From Octopus sinensis (lineage: Eukaryota), in NCBI RefSeq assembly GCF_006345805.1, contig NC_043001.1, forward strand, positions 56,482,001 through 56,546,000: a stretch of 64,000 nucleotides of DNA, written 5' to 3'. This document shows positions 26,017-38,912 of the stretch, one piece after another. The notes under the pieces are model-generated. The model saw only the letters and a program-made list of their open reading frames with translations, was not told the DNA's origin and made no database searches. The stretch's first letter is position 1; every line of letters begins with the position of its first letter. A program made the translations under genes and the position numbers.

Positions 26017-26611
26017 CCCCGATGCAGTACCAGGATGCCCTGATGCAGTACCAGGATGCTCTGATGTTGTACCAGGATGCCCTGATGCAGTGCCAAGCAG
26101 TGGCTCTCATGGTTTCTGATCTTAACTGACTGGAAATGTTACATTGTTTTGTCTTGGTATAAGATAAATATTCTGTTCAATACCACATATTTGCTTGTCA
26201 GTTGCTTGACCTTAACCAGTTGAGGCTGTCCCTTAGTGGCTGACGATATATGCGCGTCTCTGATCATAAGTAGAAGTAGTGGGGGAGCATCATATCCACG
26301 TGTTGGGAGAAATTCTTTGGAGTTTGAATAATTCACCTCTGGAAACATGGGTGTTTCATTCAACATCCTTAACCTTCATTCAGGGATCTTTTGAGTGGGA
26401 TGGGCTACTCGATCTGAAGAAATTTCTAACTGGGCCCCACCTGCAAGGTCATGCGCTGTTTACCTTATTATGAGATCACTATATCGCGCAGATATGATTG
26501 TGATGCATGTGTCCGGTGGATCGTTATCAGACAGGTAGCCATAATGGGTATACTGGGCTTCGTACGTTTTACCCCAGTGTCACTTTGATGCCATGTACTG
26601 TTCTCTCACTC
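26016..26611. mobile_element. 596-bp non-coding (TAA)n-embedded repeat, family D, copy 1
   Basis: Starts with four 21-bp units (gccctgatgcagtaccaggat consensus, 26016-26099) and ends ctctcactc; (TAA)n on both sides; homologous to 26743-27338, 30805-31356 and 10563-10705. Confidence 0.8.
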
Positions 26612-26630
26612 AATAATAATAATAATAATA

Positions 26631-26723
<93 letters not shown>

Positions 26724-26742
26724 TAATAATAATAATAATAAT

Positions 26743-27338
26743 GCCCCGATGCAGTACCAGGATGCCCTGATGCAGTACCAGGATGCTCTGATGTTGTACC
26801 AGGATGCCCTGATGCAGTGCCAAGCAGTGGCTCTCATGGTTTCTGATCTTAACTGACTGGAAATGTTACATTGTTTTGTCTTGGTATAAGATAAATATTC
26901 TGTTCAATACCACATATTTGCTTGTCAGTTGCTTGACCTTAACCAGTTGAGGCTGTCCCTTAGTGGCTGACGATATATGCGCGTCTCTGATCATAAGTAG
27001 AAGTAGTGGGGGAGCATCATATCCACGTGTTGGGAGAAATTCTTTGGAGTTTGAATAATTCACCTCTGGAAACATGGGTGTTTCATTCAACATCCTTAAC
27101 CTTCATTCAGGGATCTTTTGAGTGGGATGGGCTACTCGATCTGAAGAAATTTCTAACTGGGCCCCACCTGCAAGGTCATGCGCTGTTTACCTTATTATGA
27201 GATCACTATATCGCGCAGATATGATTGTGATGCATGTGTCCGGTGGATCGTTATCAGACAGGTAGCCATAATGGGTATACTGGGCTTCGTACGTTTTACC
27301 CCAGTGTCACTTTGATGCCATGTACTGTTCTCTCACTC
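26743..27338. mobile_element. family D copy 2 (apparently identical tandem duplicate, offset 727 bp)
   Basis: No difference from copy 1 seen by eye; supplied ORFs 26139/26866 and 26279/27006 are identical. Confidence 0.8.
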
Positions 27339-27360
27339 AATAATAATAATAATAATAATA

Positions 27361-27391
<31 letters not shown>

Positions 27392-27438
27392 AATAATAAT
27401 AATATAATAATAATAATGATATAATAATAATAATAATA

Positions 27439-27473
<35 letters not shown>

Positions 27474-27487
27474 TAATAATAATAATA

Positions 27488-30400
27488 AAACGGAGATATA
27501 TTCTTAACCCCCCACCAAAATAAAAAATATCAGAAATAGAACTCTTAAAAGAAAAAATCAGGAAAACGTAGATAGTAACCATACAGCAATGCCAAATAAT
27601 ATCATAATAACCCTAACCCTAATGGGACTGTAAAAAGCGAAAACAGACGTGACATATCCAACAAAGACGAAGTAAACATCGAAAGACAACAAAACCAGAC
27701 CGTGTGAATGATAATGTAAAGCAGAACACCTCAGGCAAAAAAATTAACGTAAGGGAATACGAAACAAACCTAAAACCTGGAAACGGTGAAAGTGAAACTA
27801 ACGATTAGGTTACTCTAAAAATGAGTATAATCAAAGAATTGAAAGCCACAGATCTCAGAATGGACCAGAATTAAAATTGATAATAAAACAACATCAATAA
27901 CAATTAACATGAACCTGGCTGTCACAGAACTAATTGCCACAGAAACCATATGGTATATGCAGCAGTTTCTGTGGCCACAAAATAAGCTAGATATCCCCTA
28001 AAATCCATCCAAACAGGAGTATCACCACCCAAACAAACACTGTGGATAAATAATGTCCAGAAAAAAATAGAAAATAAGAAAAAAGATAAATCAATCCTTA
28101 ATGAAACTAGTACACAATCAATACTACTAAGCAACAAGAAGAGAAGAAAAATAGAACGTAATTACAAAATTACAGAACAAAGTATACCTGAGGTAAAAGA
28201 ACAGCTAAAGCAAGATATCCTCACCAAAGCACAAAGAATCCGTGGGTATGAAAAACGCCAACGTTTCTTTGAACGAAACAAACAGTTTAACTCTAACCCC
28301 AAAATATTCTACCAAGAACTTGTCAGAAATAAAGAGGTCAATGCAGCACCAACAGCAGAAGAAGTGGAAGAATTTTGGAAAGAAATATGGTCAGCGAAGG
28401 AATAACCTCAGAAAAGGTCTACCAAAGCAACGAACTCAGCACCAGAACAACTCTGGAACCCTATAACAACTGAAGAGGTCACCCAGTCACTGCAAAACTA
28501 AGCAGCTGGAAGGCACCCAGGCACGACAAGATCCCCAAATTCTGGTTAAAATACATAGCAGGAACACATAAAAAGCTGTCTGAGAAATTTAATGAAATAC
28601 TAGCAGAGCCAGAGACAATGCCTGAATGGTTCACGGAAGGGAAAACTATCCTAATTCCCAAATCCACTGAAATGACAAATCCACAAAATTACTAACCAAT
28701 AACGTGTCTCACTACAATTTACAAAGTATTTACTGCAATAATATCGCGGGGAATGAGCAAACATCTGGAAGAAAAGAACTTATTTCCAGAAGAGCAGAAG
28801 GGATGCTGCAAGGTCTCATACGGCTCTAAAGATCAGCTACTGCCGCAGAAAGAAAAAGAGTCTAAGTATGAATCGATTACCGAGAGGCTTTTGATCGTAT
28901 TCCCCACACATGGATCCTAGAAACACTAGCCATGAACAAGGTACCACCAAGAATCATAAAATATATAAAACAATCCATGAATAAATGGCAGGCAGTGCTA
29001 CAGCTCCCGACAAAAGAGGGACTCATAAAAACGAAAGCCATCCTCATTTGAAGTGGATTATTCAAGAGAGACACACTCTCTTCACTCCTTTTCTGCTTGG
29101 CACTAACTCCTTTATTTGACATGCTAAACAAAGCTGGATGTGGATACAACTTACGGCAAGACAATCAACCACCTCTGATTCATGGATAATCTAAAACTGT
29201 ACGCTATAAATGAAAAACAGTTGGAAACATTACTACAGACAGTACGTAGATTTACCAAAGAAATAAAAACGAAATTTGGCTTAGAAAAGTGTGCCAAAGC
29301 AACCTTGAAAAGCGGAAAACTAGTTAAAAGTGGCAACATCACGCTAGATAAAGCAAATGAAATAAGAGAATTTGACCAAAGCCAGACTTACAAATACTTA
29401 AGATTCCATGAACTGGATACCATACAACACACACAAATGAAAGAGAAAAGAAAAGAATAATATAGACGAGTTAGATTAATTCTAAAAACAGAGCTCAATG
29501 CGAAAAAGTTATCAACACTCTAGCCGTCCCAGTTATAAGTTACAGCTACAAATTACTTAACTGGACTCTAAATGAACTAATCATAATAGACAGGAAAACA
29601 GGAAAAATAATGATAGGATTTAGGATGCACCACCCACAATGTAACATAGAAAGGTTATATATACAACGTATATAAGGTGGTAGAGGTCTTATACAGCAAG
29701 AAAACTATTATAAAATAACCACCGTAGGACTACAGATATACCTACTTCAGAAGCAAGGAAAACTAATATAAATAGCCACAAAACATGAACAAGACAAACA
29801 ACTGTTTTCAGTCTTTAGGGAAGCTGACAAATACAAAAATGGAGTCATAGTACCTAAAAACTATGAAGAAAAAAAGCTGTAACACAACTGAAGTCCAGAC
29901 TAAAACCGGAACAGCGACGGATCATGATAAAACGATGGCAAGAAAAGCCATTTCCTAGCTAATAATGGGTTAAACTAAGTAGAAAAGAAATAGACAATGC
30001 AAAATCCCAATAATGGCTGAGAAGTTCAGGACTCAAAGCAAAGATTGAAGGATTTTTAATTGCAGCACAAGACCAAAGCCTCCCCACCAGAAATTATCAA
30101 AAACATGTAATGAAAAGGAATACAAGTAACTGCAAAATATATGGAGAGGGAGAAGAAATAATAAATCATATTGTCTCTGGCTGCCCAGTCCTGGCTAAGA
30201 AGGAATATATTCACAGAATTGGGACCTACATACACTGGAAGCTATGCTAACAATATGGAATAACACCAGAAAAAAGATGGTATATTGGCCTATCCATATA
30301 TTAGGATAGGTCAATATACACAGATAGAGAAATTAAGGCCAATAGGCGGGATATAGTTGTCAGAGATCACCAAGAAAAGAAAAATGATTTCTAATCGCTG

Positions 30401-30762
30401 TATCAATACCAAAAGATGAGAACGTTTCTCTAAGAGAAATGGAGAAACTTTCAAAATACAAAGACCTGCAAATAGAGGTAACTCGAATGTGGAGTCTAAA
30501 AATAGAAACAATTCCTGTCATAGTAGGCGCATTATGTATGCTACAAAAACTATTCAGACGAATACATAACAAAAACATCATGACTAACAAGTATATATAA
30601 CATACAGAAAATAGCACTGCTAGGCACTACACACATCCTACGTAAAACACTTTCAGTACAGTAAAAATAAGAGCATCGCAACATACCACAGCACATACTT
30701 AAGGCACACAGATCTGCGCACGGTAGTACGGTGAAAACACATGATAAAAATAAGACTACTGA
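27488..30762 (+). mobile_element. R4/Dong copy G, near full-length, degenerate, same family as copy F
   Basis: SWKAPG, WFTEGKTILIPK, FPEEQKGC, FMDNLKLYA, KFGLEKCAK, WLRSSGLKAK, LLGTTHILRKTL, and a 3' UTR similar to F; many stops and frameshifts. Confidence 0.92.
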
Positions 30763-30804
30763 ATAACAAAAACAACAACAACAACAAGAATAATAATAAA
30801 TTGA

Positions 30805-31356
30805 CCTGATGCAGTATCAGGCAGTAACTCTCGTGGTTTCTCATCTTAACTGATTGGAAGTGTTATCATGTACATTGTTTTGTCTAGGTGTAAAAGACGG
30901 GCTGCAGCAAATATTCTGATCAACACTACAGATTTGCTTGTCAGTTGTTTTACCTTAACTAGTTGAGCATGTCCCTTAGTGCCTGACTGTATGAGCATCT
31001 TGGATTACGAGCAGATGTTGTTAGGGTGCATCATAGCCATGTGTTGAGAATAATTCTTCGGGGTTTGGATAATTCACCCGTCGAAACATGGGTGTTTTGT
31101 TCATCATCCTTAAAAAGAAAACTTATTCAGGGATTTATGAGTGGATGGGCTACTCGATCTGAAGAAAGTTCTACAGGGCCCCACCTGGAAGGTTATGCGC
31201 TGTTTATCTTGGTATGAGATCACCATGTTACCAACATATGTTTGTGATGTATGTGCCTGGTGTATACTTATCAGAAGGGTAGTCATGATGGGTATATTGG
31301 GCTTCGTATATTTGTATCCTAGTGTCACTTTGATGACATGCACTGTGCACTCACTC
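30805..31356. mobile_element. family D copy 3 (diverged, single terminal hairpin unit)
   Basis: cctgatgcagtatcaggcagtaactctcgtggtttctcatcttaactgattgg...gtcactttgatgacatgcactgtgcactcactc; AAT/AAC flanks. Confidence 0.8.
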
Positions 31357-31375
31357 AATAACAATGTTAACATAT

Positions 31376-31650
31376 ATTAAAGTACCAGAACCTAGCCATT
31401 GAATTACAAAGATTATAAAAAGTGCGGGTAAACTGTATCGCTGTAGTCATTGGTGCATTAGGAACTATCCCTATAGATTTGAGCGGATGGATAGAATAAA
31501 TAGGCATAAAAATCAGTTTAATACAGCTCCAGAAAACACTGTTATTAGGGACAGCTAGGATACGTAGGAGGACTCTTGACATCTAAGATTACTTATTGTA
31601 GCCTCATGTTAGGAATTTTTCGTTTCCAACTATTTAATCTGTTGTGTGTA
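31376..31650 (+). mobile_element. R4/Dong copy H, extreme 3' end only
   Basis: KYQNLAIELQRL*KVRVNCIAVVIGALGTIP...LIQLQKTLLLGTARIRRRTLDI* plus 3' UTR. Confidence 0.8.
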
Positions 31651-31921
31651 TATGAAAATAATAGTAATGATAGTTTCTTACATCAGTAAAGTGAGCTGTT
31701 TTCACTCGAAAAATCATTAGTATATGACTGGTATTTAATAATGGTGGGTCAAAGTGGATCTAAGTATCACCTGACTCTTAATGAAATAAATAAAGATTAT
31801 CATCACAGTAGCGCAATCCCCATTAACATAAACCTTCGAAGCATACTCATAATTGTATAGCGCACTTAAAACCACACACTGTTGCGCATATATACAAACA
31901 TAGCTCACTCTCTCCCTTCCG

Positions 31922-31958
<37 letters not shown>

Positions 31959-32379
31959 AGATATATGGAGAGAGACCGAGAGCGAGAAAGAGGGAGGAGG
32001 AGAGAGAGATAAACACAGACACATGCTTATAGAGAATTAAGAAAACATGGAAGCATTGCCATAGCAGCATGGATTTAATTACTAGTGATGTGTGGCAGTG
32101 GATTGTGGTGGGTAGTAGGGAGTGCCGTGCTTATGATGGGTAGTTATGGGGTGCCTATGAGCGGTGAAGTGGGGTACAGAACGACAGAAACAATATATTT
32201 TTGTTCTTCGTAATATTTGTGTTACGTATTAGACGTTTTTAATTGGCTTATCAACTAATGTGCTTTGAAATGTTTATAAAATGGGGATGGAATTAGCGCC
32301 TTAATGGATGATGAATATGTTTTCTCAGCATGCCAGGTTCATGGCGTTGATGGTGGAGGATGGCAGAAGATGGAGAGAA

Positions 32380-32412
32380 TAAAGACATTAAAGAAGGAAG
32401 AGGAGGAAAAGA

Positions 32413-32461
<49 letters not shown>

Positions 32462-32800
32462 TAATAATAATAATGATAATGATGATGAGAATAATGATAA
32501 TGATGATGAGAATAATAATGAGGATTAAAATGATAAGGTAGAGGAGAAGGAGAAGGAGAGCAACAAGGAGGGGTGGGTAAGAAAGGGAAAAGGGAAGAGA
32601 AGTGGGGGGAAAGAGATGAAGGAAGGAGAAGGAAAGAAAGAGTCGGAGAACAAGTAGGAGGGGAGGAGGAGAAAATGAAGAAGTATAATAAGGAGAATTA
32701 GAAATAGTAGTAGGAAGCGGAGGAGGAAGAGAAGGATGGTAAAGAGGAAAAAAGAAAAAGGAAGCCAAAAAGAAGAAAATAGGAAGCTGTATTTCCTTTT
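32380..32800. repeat. (AAT)n/(GAT)n followed by purine-rich low-complexity tract
   Basis: Direct inspection; source of spurious ORFs 32388..32804 and 32525..32842. Confidence 0.9.
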
Positions 32801-33566
32801 CCACTCTTGATGGCTTGAAAATGTTAATGAGGGCTTAAACACAGAAGAAAAGTGATGTCTTCCCTTCTTTCAATATTGTGTACCAAACTATTCCTATTGT
32901 CATAATCAAAGACAGAAAATAATTGTTTCCTAGAAGATGACAGCATGATGTGCACAATAGACTCGGCTAATAATCGGATCTGTTTCACGTATGATAACAG
33001 CTGTCCGAACACATCTGATTTGTCACATCAGCTATCTGGACACTGGACAAATGCATGCAGAACAATTTTGGTGTTCTAGATGTTTTCTCGTGTACTCCTT
33101 AGCTGGTGGCATTGCTGGAACTGCAGAGTTACCCGGAACCAGCACTCAGCCTCTCTACCCAACACCCTGGAGAATTTCTGTAATGTCAAAGGAAAATGTC
33201 ATTCGGAAGCCACGATCAAATTGATCATCGACAACTGATATCCATATTAGCGAAAAGAGAGAACTTCTACGGATGTCACAAGATTTGTTAGAAATAGCAT
33301 CAAAACCACTCAAGTGGCACCCTACTTTCTTAAACTGGAATGATTGGATAATGTTCTAGATCCACTGCATATACATTGAAAAACTGAACGATCACGGTTG
33401 AGATGTCCTCAGAGCTGACATGGGGCTAAATAACAGCAATGAAAAATTGTTATAGACAGAAGAATATAACAGTAAGGTGAGGTGTAGCATAGCAGGAATT
33501 CCTTTGGCTATGTAAATTGAAGATCAAAGCTTACGGCTAAATAAACTGCTCCAACAATAACAATAA

Positions 33567-34148
33567 TCTAGGCACCAGGTCTCAAATTTTGGGGAGGGCG
33601 CCAGTCGATTAGATCGACCCAAGTACCCAACTGGTACTTAATTTATCAATCTCGAAAGGATGAAAGGCAAAGTTGACATCGGTGGAATTTGAACTCAGAA
33701 CGTAAAGACGGATGAAATAGCGCAAAGCATTGTGCTCGGCAAGTTGAATTTTCTTATTTCTTTATTGCCCACAAGGAGCTAAACATAGAGAGGACAAACA
33801 AGGACAGACAACCGGATTAAGTCGATTACATCGACCCCAGTGCGTAACAGGTACTTAATTTATCGACCCCAAAAGGATGAAAGGCAAAGTCGACCTCGGC
33901 GGAATTTGAACTCAGAACGTAACAGTAGACGAAATACCTATTTCTTTACTACCCACAAGAGGCTAAGCACAGAGAAGACAAACAGGAACAGGCAAACTGA
34001 TTAAGTCGATTATATCGACCCCAGTGCGTAACTGGTACTTATTTAATCAACCCCGCAAGGATAGAAGGCCAAGTCGACCTCGGCGGAATTTGAACTCACC
34101 ACTAAGCATTTCGCTCGGTGTGCTAACGTTTCTGCCAGCTCGCCGCCT
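33567..34148 (-). mobile_element. SINE S1 trimer
   Basis: Three S1 bodies (~33567-33745, 33820-33935, 34003-34148) separated by two copies of the linker (~33750-33820 and ~33939-34003); only the one ending at 34148 has the complete GGCGGCGAGCTGGCAGAA head. Confidence 0.85.
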
Positions 34149-34843
34149 TCCAACAATAACAATATTGAACCAACCTAGGAGACAATGAATGGCTCCGACA
34201 TCAAAATATAACAGTCAAATCTCTTGCAAATAACACTTTACTGCTTTACAAAATGAAACACATTATTATGTATTTTGCTCATATCAATCGGATTATTGTC
34301 GTCATCTTGATTGCTGCTTTCACTATGTTTCGGTTATTGTACGCTCCAGTCTTCTTTAGGTGTCTTGTGTTGAAATTGGTTGTTGTATCAGAATTTCGAA
34401 CCCAACCCTTTGTTTGATCTACATGGATACAATGTCCTCATTCTGTTCTCTGCGTTTCCTGACCTTTTTTTTTTCTTTTTTGTTTCAGTTGAATTATGTG
34501 AATCACCTTAGTGCCTTGCCTAGGATTGAACTCAGAAGCTCTTGGTAGCAGCACTGCATTAAGCAATGTCTTTGTCCGAAATATTGTCTTTTATACAAAT
34601 TATAATTGTCTAAAGTAAATGATTTCAACATGTGCATGCAAGTATACACGCTGTATGGTCATGAGTATGTATATATAACTTTGTACGAGTGTAAGTCTGG
34701 ATGTAACTGTATAAAAATTTTCATATGTATACATGCATAAAAATAAACGTAAATACATACATACATACATATGTGTGTGTGTGTGTGTAAATCTATAACA
34801 AAAGAGAGTTGTAACATCGCGTAGAAGAATTGAATGTCGTGTC

Positions 34844-34932
<89 letters not shown>

Positions 34933-35511
34933 TATTCATACATATACTCACCCATGCACATACATTATATACACACATATTAGTAATGACGATCGTAAAA
35001 AAGAGGAGTTCATTCCGTGAGAACGTATAAGGTATCAGTCAGCCAAATATGTTCTGGCTCCCAGTGAGTTTCTCAAACAGTAGAATGCAGACAGATATGC
35101 CCTACTAACAGGAAACCCAAGGTATTGAATCTGATATTGACTATATAGTATACACTAGAATATTATGCAAATACATGGATACACACATGGGTTCGTATGC
35201 GTGCGCGCGTGTGGATGTTGTTGATTGAAATATCCATCACTTGTAGTTCTACAGATGTGTAAAGCTCGTCTGAAATCATTCAAATGTTAACCGTCTGGAA
35301 GATTATGGTTAAACAGACGCACACACATTTAAAACATTCTCCCTCCATTCGCCTATATGAGCATGTATGTGCAAGTGTATTTATGCGTGTGTATGTATAT
35401 GTGTGTATATATATGCACACACACATAAACATGTACATATTTATATATATGCATATAAATATGTGTGTGCATGTATATGTATGTATGTTTGTATGTATGT
35501 ATGTATGTATG

Positions 35512-35565
<54 letters not shown>

Positions 35566-35717
35566 TGTGTCTGTGTGTACCTGTGTATACAAACATGTGC
35601 CTCATTATAGTGACGTAAATCTAAACATCCCATTTCCAACAACGTCAACATCACATCTGTCTCTAAGTAATAATGATAATGTTAGTAGAAGTAATAATAA
35701 ATTATATTCATATAATG

Positions 35718-35774
<57 letters not shown>

Positions 35775-35776
<2 letters not shown>

Positions 35777-35841
35777 AAAAATGATGATGAGTAGGTAGAT
35801 GATAATCGTTATTGTTGTTGTTATTATTAATATTATTATTA

Positions 35842-35887
<46 letters not shown>

Positions 35888-36696
35888 GAGACATTAATCG
35901 CTACCAGCAATAAAGAGTGTGTGAGAAGGAGAGAAAGAAGGAGAGAGGGGAAAGAGGGTGAGAGAGAGAAAACATTTGAATACCAAGAAAAACAGAGAAG
36001 GAAAATACAGTATTTCATCGACCAATAAGAATTCCACTGCAATTCTGGCAAAGAGACAAGAAGTTTTGGTTAAATCTAGAAATATTTGCGTTGAAGGAGA
36101 GGTATGATGTGAGTTGCAAGATAATAGGGTTAAATGTAGTATACGTATGTATGTATGAATGTATGTATGTAGTATATATATACATGTGTATATATGTATA
36201 TACATACACATGCATGTGTGTGTATATGCATATTTACGTGTGCATAGATATTCACACACATAGATGGGCAAACCTATTTTCTTGTAATCATATACGTATA
36301 TATGTTTATGCATGTATGTATATACTTTCACATACATACCACTGTATATATTATGTGTGTGCGCGCGTGTGTGTATACAAAAGCAAACAGAAGTGAATTA
36401 GAACTATTTCTACCATTATCGACGCAAAAATAACAAAAATAAAACGTATATATAGAAAACTGTTTTTTATAAATATCAAAATAAACAATCTAGATAATTC
36501 TGCAGAAATGGCAAATTATGTAATAGCATTCCCATCTTGCCATTTTTTTTGCTTTCCCCATCACAAAATAATAACAGTAATAATATTAATGATATCAACA
36601 TCGTCCACAATAACAATAAAAAAAATTCAACACCACCATTAATAATAATAATAATATAATAATAATAATAATAATAATATAATAATAATAATAATA

Positions 36697-36732
<36 letters not shown>

Positions 36733-36786
36733 AAAAATGATGATGAGTAGGTAGATGATAATCGTTATTGTTGTTGTTATTATTAA

Positions 36787-36836
<50 letters not shown>

Positions 36837-37596
36837 TATTATTATTGAGACATTAATCGCTACCAGCAATAAAGAGTGTGTGAGAAGGAGAGAAAGAAGG
36901 AGAGAGGGGAAAGAGGGTGAGAGAGAGAAAACATTTGAATACCAAGAAAAACAGAGAAGGAAAATACAGTATTTCATCGACCAATAAGAATTCCACTGCA
37001 ATTCTGGCAAAGAGACAAGAAGTTTTGGTTAAATCTAGAAATATTTGCGTTGAAGGAGAGGTATGATGTGAGTTGCAAGATAATAGGGTTAAATGTAGTA
37101 TACGTATGTATGTATGAATGTATGTATGTAGTATATATATACATGTGTATATATGTATATACATACACATGCATGTGTGTGTATATGCATATTTACGTGT
37201 GCATAGATATTCACACACATAGATGGGCAAACCTATTTTCTTGTAATCATATACGTATATATGTTTATGCATGTATGTATATACTTTCACATACATACCA
37301 CTGTATATATTATGTGTGTGCGCGCGTGTGTGTATACAAAAGCAAACAGAAGTGAATTAGAACTATTTCTACCATTATCGACGCAAAAATAACAAAAATA
37401 AAACGTATTATATAGAAAACTGTTTTTTATAAATATCAAAATAAACAATCTAGATAATTCTGCAGAAATGGCAAATTATGTAATAGCATTCCCATCTTGC
37501 CATTTTTTTTGCTTTCCCCATCACAAAATAATAACAGTAATAATATTAATGATATCAACATCGTCCACAATAACAATAAAAAAAATTCAACACCAC

Positions 37597-37600
<4 letters not shown>
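35775..37600. repeat. near-identical ~960-bp tandem duplication bounded by (AAT)n
   Basis: 35775-36640 is repeated at 36731-37600; ORFs 35894/36853 and 36091/37050 are identical; outside the microsatellites I see only a 1-nt indel (cgtatatatag vs cgtattatatag). Confidence 0.9.
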
Positions 37601-37668
<68 letters not shown>

Positions 37669-38912
37669 TAATAATAATAGCAAGAAAGAATAATAATAAT
37701 AATTATTATTTTTCTTTCTTTATTGGTTACTAGGGCTCCTTACATATAATAGAAAATGTACCACGCAAAATAGGTAAAGCCTTATGCAGGGCTGTACGTA
37801 CATGCACGCACGCACGCACACACACACACACACACGACATTCACCACACACTCATACACACTCATACACGCTCGCTCACGCTCATACATTCCACTACACC
37901 GAAACATAATCATGAAAGGGTTTCTAAGATGATCATACAATTTATCAAAATTAATTAAACATTAACTACTCCATACTGCCGGGGGCGAGGGTTTGTACAA
38001 GAATGTAGCCGGTGGTGAGTAACCCCTATCTTCCTACATTGGTAGTGTCAGGATGAAATTCGATTCCGACCACTTTTCGCTTCCATCTACATCTGCAAAT
38101 TGATTGTTCCGAAATTGCCGGTGAACATCGTCCAGTTTAGGCAAACATAAGGTTACCCTTAGTCTTTAAGAAGCGATCCCTTAGCTCTATATAGACGTAT
38201 GATATAAGTTCTAACAACATTTTTGTGTTCGATATATATGCCCACCCCTACCTCCTCAATCAGTGAAGTATTTATCTCTTAGGCCATCTGGTGTTTCATC
38301 AGGTTCTGTTTGCTAATTCGGACAAGCGTGATGCTAAGGATCTCCAGCTTTTGAAGTAACCACGAAAGGGAAACACAACAAAACAAACAGGATCCAGGGA
38401 TATAAAGGAAACTGAACGCAAAATCATTTTAAATAAAACCGAATCTATTTAAAAACATATAATCTATGTTGATGGATTACTCAAGCAGCAATAAATCTTA
38501 CGATTGCCGGTTGAGTCAAGATTATAATGAATTCTGACGCTTTAGTTTGATGTGAACATAATACAAAAATATTGTAATACGCTTTTTTTGGTTCTGCGTC
38601 CTTTGAAATCATTAACTCCAAACGAAAGGCAAGTTTAATACGAACAACGTTTAGAAAGAATGTCTATCTTAATTTCTTATTAGGTTTTTGTCCACATTGC
38701 ACTCTCTTTTGGCGCTGCCACCGTACGGTGGGAAACTGTCTCTCCGGATTCACGTTTCTTTTTTTTTGGGGGGGGGGCGAAGGGGGGTCTGTAGTTTTTA
38801 TATTTATTATTCTTACATTTTTGTTTATATATATAACAATGTTATGTAAACGTTGTCAAGGCACGTATTATCTTAGTTATTTCTGCTTTCATTTTCATTA
38901 TTTATATACAGT

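Noticed and set aside
25932-26129. MQYQDAL heptad-repeat ORF and a CRISPR-like look of the 21-bp array
   Set aside because: The units are contiguous with no spacers, the context is eukaryotic and no cas genes are present; the heptad is just the 21-bp period read in frame.
26139-26473. ORFs inside family D (75 aa and 64 aa) as real proteins
   Set aside because: The frames are not preserved in the diverged copy at 30805-31356 and show no recognisable motif.
26520-26611. HDV, twister or hammerhead ribozyme at the end of family D
   Set aside because: Stems exist, but I could not fit the HDV double pseudoknot or the twister topology, and CTGATAA lacks the CUGANGA/GAAA core. A formal search is needed.
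38285-38310. CTGATGAAAC on the minus strand as a hammerhead core
   Set aside because: There is no room for stem II between CUGAUGA and GAAA. CTGATGA at ~54961 likewise lacks a following stem and GAAA.
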